In this document: positions 32,136-41,678 of the stretch, piece by piece | Layout of the letters: every line of letters starts with the position of its first letter | How positions within the stretch are numbered: the stretch's first letter is position 1 | Virus genome (UHGV): UHGV-0036384 | Source: a virus | Reading direction: 5' to 3' (one strand) | DNA length: 64,000 nucleotides | Position numbers and translations under genes: made by a program | Notes under the pieces: generated by a model | Told to the model about the DNA's origin: nothing | What the model saw: only the letters and a program-made list of their open reading frames with translations | Database searches by the model: none

Positions 32136-32588
32136 ATGTTACTTAACTGGCAGGGACGCCACTTCATGGAAATAAATCACTCACGAATAACATCGTACGA
32201 GATTGCGGATTACATGATCCGCACTAAATCTCTTCTATCAGCGAAAGATCTCGCAGCAATTCTTGAAAAGGAATACCCGCATCTGGATGTCGATAAGCGC
32301 GATGTTTATCTGCGCTTAAAGGCTATCGCTGTGTCTAAGTATTCGTCTGTTTTGATTGATGACAGTACACGCCCACGTAGATTTCAGATCCACTCTCTGA
32401 ATCCTGAATTCTTTCGCCGCAGCCGCGCTCCGCGCCGGTTTGATGAAAAACTCCAGAACGAACTCTATATGACGCAGGACGAAAAGGAACGCCGGGAGCA
32501 CCAGCCTTGGGTGATGGCGCGTCAACTTTTCAATAAGGTGGTCCGTCAGCACCGTCATTACGGTAATGCCACATCCGCACGTATCTGA
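32136..32588 (+). CDS. lpa: late promoter activator Lpa candidate (150 aa)
   Basis: Synteny-based: ORF between a C1 operator and pacA, where P1 gene 10 (lpa) lies; no motif verified. Confidence 0.55.
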   Translation: MLLNWQGRHFMEINHSRITSYEIADYMIRTKSLLSAKDLAAILEKEYPHLDVDKRDVYLRLKAIAVSKYSSVLIDDSTRPRRFQIHSLNPEFFRRSRAPRRFDEKLQNELYMTQDEKERREHQPWVMARQLFNKVVRQHRHYGNATSARI

Positions 32589-32674
32589 TTGATTGCTTGC
32601 CCGTTCCGGGCCTTTTGACATGTGACTTTCGTTACCCTCGCGTCAAAAAGAGTTTTATACGAAAGGAAGCATAA

Positions 32675-33868
32675 GTGACCTGGGACGATCACAAGAAGAA
32701 TTTTGCTCGCCTGGCGCGAGATGGTGGTTACACCATCGCACAATATGCCGCCGAGTTTAATCTCAACCCAAACACCGCACGTCGTTATCTCCGTGCATTC
32801 AAAGAAGACACCGGAACAGCGGACAGCCGTAAGCCAAATAAGCCTGTCAGAAAACCACTAAAAAGCATGATCATTGATCACGCTAATGATCAACGTGCAG
32901 GTGATCACATTGTGGCTGAAATGGCTGAAAAACAAAGAGTTAATGCTGTTGTCAGTGCCGCAGTCGAGAACGCGAAGCGCCAGAATAAGCGCATAAATGA
33001 TCGTTCTGATGATCATGACGTGATCACCCGCGCCCACCGGACCTTACGTGATCGCCTGGAACGCGACACCCTGGATGATGATGGTGAACGCTTTGAATTC
33101 GAAGCTGGCGATTACCTGATAGATAACGTTGAAGCGCGGAAGGCCGCGCGCGCTATGTTGCGTCGGTCCGGGGCCGATGTTCTGGAAACCACTCTTCTGG
33201 AAAAGTCTCTTTCTCATCTCCTTATGCTGGAGAACGCCAGGGATACGTGTATTCGCCTGGTGCAGGAAATGCGCGATCAGCAAAAAGACGATGATGAAGG
33301 TACTCCGCCTGAATACCGTATCGCGAGCATGCTAAACAGCTGTTCCGCGCAGATAAGCAGCCTGATCAACACCATTTACAGCATCCGGAATAACTATCGA
33401 AAAGAAAGCCGGGAGGCGGAAAAGCACGCTTTGTCTATGGGGCAAGCTGGCATTGTTAAGCTGGCATACGAACGAAAGCGTGAAAATAACTGGTCAGTGC
33501 TGGAAGCAGCTGAATTCATCGAGGCGCATGGCGGGAAAGTGCCGCCCCTGATGCTGGAGCAAATCAAAGCCGATCTGCGTGCTCCTAAGACCAATACCGA
33601 TGATGAGGAAAGGCAAACAGCCGTCGGTGGCCCTTCTCTTGAAGATCTGGACAAAGTTGCGCGAGAACGGGCCGCCAACCGCCGCGCCGATGCCGCATTG
33701 TGGATTGAGCAGCGTAGGGAAGAAATCGCCGATATCGTTGATACAGGCGGTTATGGAGATGTTGATACTGAAGGTGTATCAAACGACCCATGGCTGGAAC
33801 AAGACCTGGACGAAGACGAGGAGGAAGACGAAGAAGTTACCCGCAAGCTATACGGGGATGATGATTAA
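32675..33868 (+). CDS. pacA: terminase small/pac-recognition subunit PacA (397 aa, GTG start)
   Basis: Gene contains the hexanucleotide pac site; acidic C-terminus; immediately upstream of pacB with ATGA coupling. Confidence 0.85.
   Translation: MTWDDHKKNFARLARDGGYTIAQYAAEFNLNPNTARRYLRAFKEDTGTADSRKPNKPVRKPLKSMIIDHANDQRAGDHIVAEMAEKQRVNAVVSAAVENAKRQNKRINDRSDDHDVITRAHRTLRDRLERDTLDDDGERFEFEAGDYLIDNVEARKAARAMLRRSGADVLETTLLEKSLSHLLMLENARDTCIRLVQEMRDQQKDDDEGTPPEYRIASMLNSCSAQISSLINTIYSIRNNYRKESREAEKHALSMGQAGIVKLAYERKRENNWSVLEAAEFIEAHGGKVPPLMLEQIKADLRAPKTNTDDEERQTAVGGPSLEDLDKVARERAANRRADAALWIEQRREEIADIVDTGGYGDVDTEGVSNDPWLEQDLDEDEEEDEEVTRKLYGDDD
32868..33026 (+). other. pac packaging site (4 + 3 TGATCA/G hexamers, Dam-methylatable)
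   Basis: TGATCA at 32868, 32875, 32887, 32902 and TGATCG/TGATCA at 32998, 33010, 33021, matching the published 4+3 architecture of P1 pac. Confidence 0.85.
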
Positions 33869-35352
33869 TGGCCAGAAGTTGCGTAACGGATCCACGTTGG
33901 CGCGAGCTGGTGGCGCTATATCGTTATGACTGGATTGCGGCCGCTGATGTTTTGTTCGGCAAAACACCTACCTGGCAGCAGGATCTGATTATTGAGTCTG
34001 TGCAGGAACAGGGTAGCAAGACATCTGTTTCGTCTGGTCACGGTACCGGGAAATCAGACATGACTTCTATCATGATCATGTTGTTCATAATCATGTATCC
34101 AGGTGCCCGTGCCATTATCGTTGCGAACAAAATTCAGCAGGTAATGACCGGTATATTCAAGTACATCAAGATAAACTGGGCTACTGCCACCAGCCGTTTC
34201 CCATGGCTTGCTGATTATTTTGTTCTGACAGAAACCGCTTTCTATGAGATTACTGGTAAAGGTGTATGGACTGTAGTACCGAAGGGCTTTCGTCTGGGAA
34301 GTGAAGAAGCTCTCGCCGGTGAACACGCAGATCATCTTCTGTATATTATCGATGAAGCCTCCGGTGTCAGTGATAGAGCTTTCGGTATCATCACCGGTGC
34401 TCTTACCGGACAGGATAACCGCATCTTATTGCTGTCACAGCCTACACGCCCAAGCGGCTATTTCTACGATACACACCATAAACTGGCCAAGCGTCCTGGT
34501 AACCCTGATGGCGTTTATACGGCGATCACGCTTAACAGTGAGGAATCACCGTTGGTAACGCCAGCATTTATCAAAATGAAGCTGGCGGAGTACGGCGGGC
34601 GTGATAACCCTATGTACATGATTAAGGTACGCGGCCTATTCCCTAAATCACAGGATGGCTTCCTTCTTGGACGTGATGAGGTTGAACGTGCAACGCGGCG
34701 GAAAGTCAAGATTGCAAAAGGATGGGGCTGGCTTGCATGTGTGGACGTTGCTGGTGGTACGGGACGGGATAAGTCCGTTATCAATATCATGATGGTGTCC
34801 GGCCAGCGAAATAAACGCCGTGTAATCAACTATCGAATGCTGGAATACACAGACGTTACAGAAACGCAGCTTGCCGCCAAAATTTTCGCAGAATGTAATC
34901 CTGAGCGATTCCCAAATATCACCATAGCGATAGACGGCGATGGCCTGGGTAAAGCAACGGCGGATCTGATGTACGAGTATTATGGTATTACCGTACAGCG
35001 TATACGCTGGGGTAAAAAGATGCATAGCCGTGAAGATAAGAGCCTGTACTTTGATAAACGTGCTTATGCCAACGTTCAAGCCGCAGAGGCCGTAAAATCT
35101 GGTCGTATGAGACTGGATAAGGGTAATGAAACTATTGAGGAAGCGTCGAAAATCCCTGTAGGGATTAACTCCGCAGGTCAATGGAAGGTGATGAGTAAGG
35201 AGGATATGAAGAAAAAACTCAACCTGCACTCACCAGACCATTGGGATACATATTGTTTCGCTATGCTGGCTGATTATGTTCCCCAGGATGAAGTGCTTAG
35301 CGTCGAAGACGAAGCGCAGGTTGATGAAGCTCTGGCATGGCTTAATGAATAA
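33868..35352 (+). CDS. pacB: terminase large subunit PacB (494 aa)
   Basis: Walker [10 protein letters not shown], Walker [12 protein letters not shown]-terminal nuclease-type domain. Confidence 0.85.
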   Translation: MARSCVTDPRWRELVALYRYDWIAAADVLFGKTPTWQQDLIIESVQEQGSKTSVSSGHGTGKSDMTSIMIMLFIIMYPGARAIIVANKIQQVMTGIFKYIKINWATATSRFPWLADYFVLTETAFYEITGKGVWTVVPKGFRLGSEEALAGEHADHLLYIIDEASGVSDRAFGIITGALTGQDNRILLLSQPTRPSGYFYDTHHKLAKRPGNPDGVYTAITLNSEESPLVTPAFIKMKLAEYGGRDNPMYMIKVRGLFPKSQDGFLLGRDEVERATRRKVKIAKGWGWLACVDVAGGTGRDKSVINIMMVSGQRNKRRVINYRMLEYTDVTETQLAAKIFAECNPERFPNITIAIDGDGLGKATADLMYEYYGITVQRIRWGKKMHSREDKSLYFDKRAYANVQAAEAVKSGRMRLDKGNETIEEASKIPVGINSAGQWKVMSKEDMKKKLNLHSPDHWDTYCFAMLADYVPQDEVLSVEDEAQVDEALAWLNE

Positions 35353-35376
35353 CTCATTGACCATGCCGGATAGAAA

Positions 35377-36228
35377 CTATTGCGCGCTTTCGGGGTTGTC
35401 GTTTACTGGCTGCCCCTTCTTAGTTTTACGGCTGCGCGTAACTGATGCGGCTGATTTGACCTTTTTCTCTTCGCGAGTGATGGCAATTTGTTTTTTTACA
35501 TTTTCAATATCTGCCAGGCGATATATTTTTGCCTGCGGCCAGCGGTCGCAGATGATCGGTTTTATAGAGTCATAAAGGCTAAATTTTGCTTTCTCGAATT
35601 CACCGTTGATGATGATTCCATCACGGAGAGTTTCATCGCAGATAAACACACCACACAGCGGCACATGGTAACTAACTGATTTACCATCATTGTAGTTAGG
35701 GCTACTGGAAATGTAGTGGACGCGCAGCATTGTTTCGCTAAAGCCGTGTACACGCATACGGAATTTTTCATCCTCCGGGTACTGCTTCATTAGCTCTTTT
35801 GTTGCTTCCAGGTTCTCTATGTATTTCGCACTGTGCTCATTGATCCCCGCGCTTTTCTGGATGCGAATGTCCTTATCAATCAGATGAATAATGCGGCCAG
35901 CGGTCATGTTGACGCTGTTCACAGCTTCTGTCTGATAAGTCGTAACCTTACGCACACCGCGAAGGATGTTAGGCACAGGATATAAAATAGTCTTTGGGAT
36001 ATTGAGGTCTGGGTACTGTTCCAGTTCCCGCGCCATTAAAGTCCATTTATCAATTTCAGCCTGAATGCTGTCCGTTTCTTTGAACGGCAGAACGACAACC
36101 GGGCGTACAGGACGACCGTCGCTGGCGGCATCAACGTGTTGGGCGCGTGCAACAGCTTTTTTTAGAAAGAGATCCCTGAAGCTGACGAACTCCTGGTACA
36201 GTTGTTCGCCGTAGACATAATTTATCAT
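35377..36228 (-). CDS. c1: C1 master repressor (283 aa)
   Basis: Length and N-terminus MINYVYGEQLYQEF match P1 C1 as recalled; cognate operators throughout the window. Confidence 0.9.
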   Translation of the reverse strand: MINYVYGEQLYQEFVSFRDLFLKKAVARAQHVDAASDGRPVRPVVVLPFKETDSIQAEIDKWTLMARELEQYPDLNIPKTILYPVPNILRGVRKVTTYQTEAVNSVNMTAGRIIHLIDKDIRIQKSAGINEHSAKYIENLEATKELMKQYPEDEKFRMRVHGFSETMLRVHYISSSPNYNDGKSVSYHVPLCGVFICDETLRDGIIINGEFEKAKFSLYDSIKPIICDRWPQAKIYRLADIENVKKQIAITREEKKVKSAASVTRSRKTKKGQPVNDNPESAQ

Positions 36229-36322
36229 TGATCCTCCTCCAGAATTGACATGGCCAACAACTCACAGCGGATTACACTGGGAGTTGTTGGCCACCATTAT
36301 AGAAGGATCCAACGAAAATAAT

Positions 36323-36339
36323 AGATTTATTAGTGCATT
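36323..36339 (-). promoter_or_regulatory. C1 operator in the c1 promoter region
   Basis: AGATTTATTAGTGCATT (reverse orientation) between coi and the c1 start. Confidence 0.55.
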
Positions 36340-36548
36340 TATTGTGAGTCTGGCTGGTTAGTGGCCATGAGATATTCGATTGTGTCAGTGAGATCATCCA
36401 GGTCGTCTTGGGTGATGCGGTACTCCTGATTGGATATCTTTGAGTAGTGTTCAGCAATGGCGCGGGCAGCGTCGGTTTCGGCGGGGTCTACAGATAAAGC
36501 GTTAGAGCAATGTCTAACGTCGTCGATGGTTGGTGGAATGAAAGCCAT
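36339..36548 (-). CDS. coi: C1 inactivator Coi (69 aa)
   Basis: 69-aa acidic ORF directly upstream of c1; position and length as in P1. Confidence 0.75.
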   Translation of the reverse strand: MAFIPPTIDDVRHCSNALSVDPAETDAARAIAEHYSKISNQEYRITQDDLDDLTDTIEYLMATNQPDSQ

Positions 36549-36786
36549 AATTATGCCTCACTGTATTGACAACACAGAGCCTGAAGCTCTGACCTACTGT
36601 TTCACCCATGATCCATGCTGGGGTAATCTAACAACATTGCGCTGTGTGTAAGATGAGCAATGCATAGCTGTAATGCCGTTGTATAAGGTTTCCCTGTTTG
36701 CTCATTTCCTTCTGAGCCGCTCTACAACGCTGAAGACACATTAAATAGTGAATCCAAAGTCGTATTACGAAACGGCGGCAAAACTA

Positions 36787-36802
36787 TAATTTATTAGAGC
36801 AA
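36787..36802 (-). promoter_or_regulatory. C1 operator
   Basis: AATTTATTAGAGCAAT, perfect reverse-complement core. Confidence 0.6.
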
Positions 36803-36869
36803 TTGTCAAACAACTATGAAAAACAATCCAGTTTTTGGCTGGTGGAGTGGGATTTTTCTCTCAAAATTT

Positions 36870-36886
36870 ATTGCTCTAATAATTCT
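36870..36886 (+). promoter_or_regulatory. C1 operator
   Basis: ATTGCTCTAATAATTCT. Confidence 0.6.
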
Positions 36887-36929
36887 TGATTTTTATGCGC
36901 AGCTGGACGTAAACTCCTCTTCAGACCTA

Positions 36930-36963
36930 ATAACTTCGTATAGCATACATTATACGAAGTTAT
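36930..36963 (+). other. loxP site-specific recombination site
   Basis: Exact 34-bp ATAACTTCGTATA-GCATACAT-TATACGAAGTTAT. Confidence 0.99.
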
Positions 36964-36982
36964 CTTAAGGGTTATTGAACAT

Positions 36983-37055
36983 GATCAATTTACCTGTAAA
37001 TCCATACAGTTCAATACCTTATCAGGTCAAATAGTGATCACTTGATCATTTGATC
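36983..37055 (+). promoter_or_regulatory. cluster of Dam GATC sites in the cre promoter region
   Basis: GATC at 36983, 37036, 37044, 37052; cre promoters are known to be Dam-sensitive. Confidence 0.5.
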
Positions 37056-37381
37056 AAGGTAGCGCTACGTAAAATCTGCGAAATGTTGGCGGTGTTAGTC
37101 CTACAGATTTCGCGTAGCGCACTTAGCACCACCAATCAATCAGAGGTGAAAAATGGGATATTCAGCTGCCAAAGTGTCCACTCATCTTGAGCTTGAGAAA
37201 AACCGTGGTTACTGGCGGGCAAAAGGGTTTGATCGTGATAGTTGTCAACTGTCATTATCGCGCGGTGAAGAGAAAATAGAACGCACGCGCGGTCGCTGGC
37301 GTTTCTATGACGAGAACCATAAACAGGTAAAGGCAGAGCCGATCCTGTACACTTTACTTAAAACCATTATCTGAGTGTTAA

Positions 37382-38413
37382 ATGTCCAATTTACTGACCG
37401 TACACCAAAATTTGCCTGCATTACCGGTCGATGCAACGAGTGATGAGGTTCGCAAGAACCTGATGGACATGTTCAGGGATCGCCAGGCGTTTTCTGAGCA
37501 TACCTGGAAAATGCTTCTGTCCGTTTGCCGATCGTGGGCGGCATGGTGCAAGTTGAATAACCGGAAATGGTTTCCCGCAGAACCTGAAGATGTTCGCGAT
37601 TATCTTCTATATCTTCAGGCGCGCGGTCTGGCAGTAAAAACTATCCAGCAACATTTGGGCCAGCTAAACATGCTTCATCGTCGGTCCGGGCTGCCACGAC
37701 CAAGTGACAGTAATGCTGTTTCACTGGTCATGCGACGGATCCGAAAAGAAAACGTTGATGCCGGTGAACGTGCAAAACAGGCACTGGCGTTCGAACGCAC
37801 TGATTTCGACCAGGTTCGTTCACTCATGGAAAATAGCGATCGCTGCCAGGATATACGTAATCTGGCATTTCTGGGGATTGCTTATAACACCCTATTACGT
37901 ATAGCCGAAATTGCCAGGATCAGGGTTAAAGATATCTCACGTACTGACGGTGGGAGAATGTTAATCCATATTGGCAGAACGAAAACGCTGGTTAGCACCG
38001 CAGGTGTAGAGAAGGCACTTAGCCTGGGGGTAACTAAACTGGTCGAGCGATGGATTTCTGTCTCTGGTGTGGCTGATGATCCGAATAACTACTTGTTTTG
38101 CCGTGTCAGAAAAAATGGTGTTGCCGCGCCATCTGCCACCAGCCAGCTATCAACTCGCGCCCTGGAAGGGATTTTTGAAGCAACTCATCGATTGATTTAC
38201 GGCGCTAAGGATGACTCTGGTCAGAGATACCTGGCCTGGTCTGGACACAGTGCCCGTGTCGGAGCCGCGCGAGATATGGCCCGCGCCGGAGTTTCAATAC
38301 CGGAGATCATGCAAGCTGGTGGCTGGACCAACGTAAATATTGTCATGAACTATATCCGTAACCTGGATAGTGAAACGGGGGCAATGGTGCGCCTGCTGGA
38401 AGATGGCGATTAG
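37382..38413 (+). CDS. cre: Cre tyrosine recombinase (343 aa)
   Basis: Sequence MSNLLTVHQNLPALPVDATSDEVRKNLMDMFRDRQAF...MVRLLEDGD matches Cre as recalled; start 436 bp from the loxP spacer. Confidence 0.98.
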   Translation: MSNLLTVHQNLPALPVDATSDEVRKNLMDMFRDRQAFSEHTWKMLLSVCRSWAAWCKLNNRKWFPAEPEDVRDYLLYLQARGLAVKTIQQHLGQLNMLHRRSGLPRPSDSNAVSLVMRRIRKENVDAGERAKQALAFERTDFDQVRSLMENSDRCQDIRNLAFLGIAYNTLLRIAEIARIRVKDISRTDGGRMLIHIGRTKTLVSTAGVEKALSLGVTKLVERWISVSGVADDPNNYLFCRVRKNGVAAPSATSQLSTRALEGIFEATHRLIYGAKDDSGQRYLAWSGHSARVGAARDMARAGVSIPEIMQAGGWTNVNIVMNYIRNLDSETGAMVRLLEDGD

Positions 38414-38430
38414 CCGTTCATTTGCGCTTG

Positions 38431-38447
38431 ATTGTTCTAATAATTTG
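38431..38447 (+). promoter_or_regulatory. C1 operator-like site
   Basis: ATTGTTCTAATAATTTG upstream of the next ORF. Confidence 0.5.
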
Positions 38448-38463
38448 ATATTTATGGTGACAC

Positions 38464-38775
38464 ATGCGGAAGGATTTCAAAATAGACGGAAAATATGTGG
38501 TGCTGTCTGTAAGCTCTCAAATTCAGTCACCATCTGTCATTGTCACCGTAAAGTTGAGCGATAGGATGCCTGATATCGACTCGATATCTGTTGCGTTCCC
38601 CGTTAAAAGTATGCGGAGTGCTGAACATTTTGTGATGAATGCAACGGAGGAGGAAGCGCGGCGCGGGCTTACTAGAGTGATGGTGGAATTTGGCGAACTC
38701 CTGGGTAAGGTAAACAATGCCCTTTCAATCAGTTCAGCAAGATCCAAAGCGTTAACAGCTTCCATGATGAAATAA
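38464..38775 (+). CDS. cra: cre-associated small protein (Cra candidate, 103 aa)
   Basis: Synteny-based: first ORF downstream of cre. Confidence 0.45.
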   Translation: MRKDFKIDGKYVVLSVSSQIQSPSVIVTVKLSDRMPDIDSISVAFPVKSMRSAEHFVMNATEEEARRGLTRVMVEFGELLGKVNNALSISSARSKALTASMMK

Positions 38776-38906
38776 AAAAAGCCTGGCAAGGAGCCAGGCT
38801 GCACAAAAGAGCGGGTTTGTATTCCGCATCCAATCAATCAAGAAGGAGTATAGCACACAGGTACTGAAGTGAAAAAATGTGATTCGCGATTAACAAAATA
38901 TCTACC

Positions 38907-38923
38907 ATTGCTCTAATTGATTG
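38907..38923 (+). promoter_or_regulatory. C1 operator overlapping the ref promoter
   Basis: ATTGCTCTAATTGATTG followed by TATAAT. Confidence 0.55.
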
Positions 38924-38990
38924 CTATAATTAAGCCGCAGTTTTTGTCAACTACGAAGACGTTGCCATTACTTAACTCCTTGACATCATT

Positions 38991-39016
38991 GGCGGCCATT
39001 AGGCCGCCTTTTTTTT
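38991..39016 (+). terminator. GC-rich hairpin with T8 run ending 5 nt before the ref start codon
   Basis: GGCGGCC-ATTA-GGCCGCC-TTTTTTTT; leaves no Shine-Dalgarno for ref. Confidence 0.6.
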
Positions 39017-39021
39017 GCCAT

Positions 39022-39582
39022 ATGAAAACAATCGAACAAAAACTTGAACAGCGCCGCGAGTGGCAGAAGGCAGCCAGAGAACGAGCGATCGCTCGGCAAC
39101 GGGAAAAGTTGGCTGACCCCGCCTGGCGAGAATCGCAATATCAGAAAATGCGGGATTCTATCGACCGCCGTATCGCTAAACAGAAAGAGCGCCCACCAGC
39201 CAGCAAAACGCGGAAAAGTGCGGTAAAGATAAAATCTCGTGGCTTGAAGGGGCGAACATCGACAGCGGAGGAACGGAGCATCGCCAATGCTCTTGGCGCT
39301 CTCCCCTGCATTGCCTGCTACATGCATGGAGTAATATCTGAAGAGGTATCTCTGCACCATATCTCCGGTCGTACCGCGCCGGGTTGTCACAAAAAGCAAT
39401 TGCCCCTTTGTAGATGGCACCACCAGCATGCAGCACCGGCTGAAGTAAGAGAAAAATACCCCTGGCTGGTACCTGTTCATGCCGATGGTGTGGTTGGAGG
39501 CAAGAAAGAATTCACCTTGCTGAACAAGTCAGAGATGGAGTTGCTGGCTGACGCCTATGAGATGGCAAACATCATGCACTAA
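39022..39582 (+). CDS. ref: Ref recombination enhancement function (HNH endonuclease, 186 aa)
   Basis: HNH motif CIACYMHG...HHISGRTAPGCHKKQLPLCRWHH; length equals P1 Ref. Confidence 0.85.
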   Translation: MKTIEQKLEQRREWQKAARERAIARQREKLADPAWRESQYQKMRDSIDRRIAKQKERPPASKTRKSAVKIKSRGLKGRTSTAEERSIANALGALPCIACYMHGVISEEVSLHHISGRTAPGCHKKQLPLCRWHHQHAAPAEVREKYPWLVPVHADGVVGGKKEFTLLNKSEMELLADAYEMANIMH

Positions 39583-39591
39583 TAAATATAT
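39575..39591 (+). promoter_or_regulatory. C1 operator-like site overlapping the ref stop
   Basis: ATGCACTAATAAATATA. Confidence 0.5.
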
Positions 39592-39732
39592 TATTTTTAA
39601 TCTGAAATAATTGACAACTGACAAGTGACTTCAGTCAGAATCATCACATGCCCGGTACGGATGGATCCCTTTTCAAATATTCCATGGACGGCACAGTCTG
39701 AGTACCGGGCGCTACCTTCAGTTGTATTGCTA

Positions 39733-39759
39733 AGCCGCCGCTGGTGGCTTTTCTTTTTT
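39733..39759 (+). terminator. terminator-like hairpin containing a Chi octamer
   Basis: AGCCGCC-GCT-GGTGGCT followed by TTTCTTTTTT. Confidence 0.5.
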
Positions 39760-39770
39760 GTAGGGGCGCT

Positions 39771-40412
39771 ATGGATAAGAAAATATGCGTTGTGTCGATG
39801 AGCGTCGGCAAACCGGCGTCAATGACTGCTGCATGGATCAATAACGAGCTGATAATGGCTGAGCGGACCAGCTACCCTGAACGCCGCCGCGATATGGAAC
39901 TCCAGCTGCTGCGCGAATTGCGAGAAAAAGAGGAAAAGGGTTTTATCGTGCTGGTGGAAGAGGAAAACAGCTTTATTACTGGTCGAGTTGGCCAGCGTGT
40001 AAGGTTGCGCGATCCCTTCATGAACGGCAGGCCGGTACTAATTGAGGCAATGCAGATTTATAAGGAGCTGGAACGCCAGAAAGCAATCAAGTTACCGCGC
40101 AAGGAATCCGGCAAATACATTCTCCACCAAAGCATCTTCGATTCCGAACACGATAAAAAAGGCGATGAATTTTTCAACATCAACTGGAGCGAAATAACGA
40201 CAGAGCATGTTCTGACGTTACTATGTTGCTTTGCGACGGAATACAACAACGTTGCCAGCGCCGACTACATCAGGGCAATGGCTGGAGAAGTTGAGGCCCG
40301 CCAAGAACCATCGTTACTAAGTCCACTGATTAACATAATTCTGGGCACCCAGATACTGGAACAAAAAAAAGTGCCGAAAGGGGTATTAACAGGCAAGCAT
40401 AATTATTTTTAA
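39771..40412 (+). CDS. mat: hypothetical protein, Mat candidate (213 aa)
   Basis: Synteny-based: ORF after ref, where P1 mat lies; AGGGG SD before ATG 39771. Confidence 0.45.
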   Translation: MDKKICVVSMSVGKPASMTAAWINNELIMAERTSYPERRRDMELQLLRELREKEEKGFIVLVEEENSFITGRVGQRVRLRDPFMNGRPVLIEAMQIYKELERQKAIKLPRKESGKYILHQSIFDSEHDKKGDEFFNINWSEITTEHVLTLLCCFATEYNNVASADYIRAMAGEVEARQEPSLLSPLINIILGTQILEQKKVPKGVLTGKHNYF

Positions 40413-40505
40413 CAATTACATACAGTAATTTTGTGGTTACATTCTCCATTGATTTTCTAACCGCTTTATCATTAGATGTAACAGCATGTAAATCATTTAA
40501 AATGG

Positions 40506-41642
40506 ATGAAAGCAATGGGGAATGAAGTTTATCAAAGTCAAAAATGCAAGTTGAAATATTCAAAATCTCAAATTGATAGGGCTGCTCAATTGATAAGGCA
40601 CGGGTGTAGTGACGAAGAAAGGCAGCAATCTATTGAAATGATACAAAATTTCCGTGAGCTGCATCTTTATCCATTAATGCTCATGAAAAATCATTTAGCA
40701 AGAGCAGCTGCTAAGGTTGACAAGGACAAAAAGATTCTCGTTGCAAGAAGACTTAAGCGACTTTCTACCATAATAGATAAACTAGAGCGTCCTAGTCTTG
40801 ATGGAGGCAGAACTAGCAATGCAATTAAATTAACACGGATGCAGGACGTTGGCGGATGTAGGGCCATTGTCAGAAACTTAGACCAGTTGATACAGCTAAA
40901 GGAACGTCTTTTAAAAAGCAAATCTGTTCATAGGATTGTTAAAGAGTATGATTATCTTACTCCCAAAGACAGCGGCTATAGTGGAATCCACCTTGCATAC
41001 AGTTGCTTCGATCAGAAAGAGGATCAATATCCGTGGCGAAAAACAAAGATTGAGATACAGTTAAGAACTCAATTGCAGCATGCTTGGGCTACCAGCCTTG
41101 AAATAATTGATACCCTTGAAGGTATCAAGCTGAAAACTTCAAGTGAAGGGCATCCAGAATGGAGACGATTTTTCTATCTAGCCGGATGTCTTGTAGCGCA
41201 CGACGAAAAAGCCTGCACTCTTGATGAGCTAGTTGTATCTCAGTATGAAGGCGAGCTTAAAGAGCTGGAACGGACTTTATCTGTACGGAGGAAACTAAGC
41301 ACATACACCATCGCCTTAAATTTAACTTCTGACGCGAATTTGATTAAGAAGTTGCCAAAAAATCATAAGGGGCATTACTTAGTAACAATGAGAAATGCAG
41401 AAAACAAGCCCAATACAAAAAACAAAAAAATGTTCCTAGTGTCTGTTCGCGCATTTAAAACAAAAGAAGCAGATGAAGCCCTTGAGGCCTTAAATAAAGA
41501 CGATTCTAATCCTAATGTATTGATATCTGTTCTCGTTGCTACAGATAACATTAAGTCACTAAAAAAAGCCTACCCCAACTATTTTGGCTCAACAAACCAG
41601 TTTACAAAATTCTTAGATAAGCATCTTCGTAACGAAGGATAG
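40506..41642 (+). CDS. RelA/SpoT-like nucleotidyltransferase with C-terminal extension: candidate fused toxSAS toxin-antitoxin (CapRel-like), 375-378 aa
   Basis: Synthetase-domain motifs in order: DVGGCRAIV, DSGYSGIHLAY, EIQLRTQLQHAWA; about 190-aa C-terminal extension; no adjacent small antitoxin ORF; AT-rich; start may be Met4 (40515). Confidence 0.75.
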   Translation: MKAMGNEVYQSQKCKLKYSKSQIDRAAQLIRHGCSDEERQQSIEMIQNFRELHLYPLMLMKNHLARAAAKVDKDKKILVARRLKRLSTIIDKLERPSLDGGRTSNAIKLTRMQDVGGCRAIVRNLDQLIQLKERLLKSKSVHRIVKEYDYLTPKDSGYSGIHLAYSCFDQKEDQYPWRKTKIEIQLRTQLQHAWATSLEIIDTLEGIKLKTSSEGHPEWRRFFYLAGCLVAHDEKACTLDELVVSQYEGELKELERTLSVRRKLSTYTIALNLTSDANLIKKLPKNHKGHYLVTMRNAENKPNTKNKKMFLVSVRAFKTKEADEALEALNKDDSNPNVLISVLVATDNIKSLKKAYPNYFGSTNQFTKFLDKHLRNEG

Positions 41643-41650
41643 TTGCTTAA

Positions 41651-41675
41651 TTTTGCCCGGTAATTCCGGGCAAAA
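41651..41675. terminator. bidirectional terminator between convergent CapRel-like gene and lxc
   Basis: Perfect palindrome TTTTGCCCGG-TAATT-CCGGGCAAAA. Confidence 0.75.
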
Positions 41676-41678
41676 TTG

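Noticed and set aside
37153-37374. 73-aa ORF between loxP and cre
   Set aside because: It lies in the Dam-site-rich cre promoter region with no convincing Shine-Dalgarno; treated as regulatory DNA.
40413-41678. Type III restriction-modification genes (res/mod) or IS1 expected from the P1 layout
   Set aside because: No large Mod- or Res-like ORFs and no IS1 InsA/InsB-like ORF anywhere between mat and lxc; the interval holds only the RelA/SpoT-like gene.
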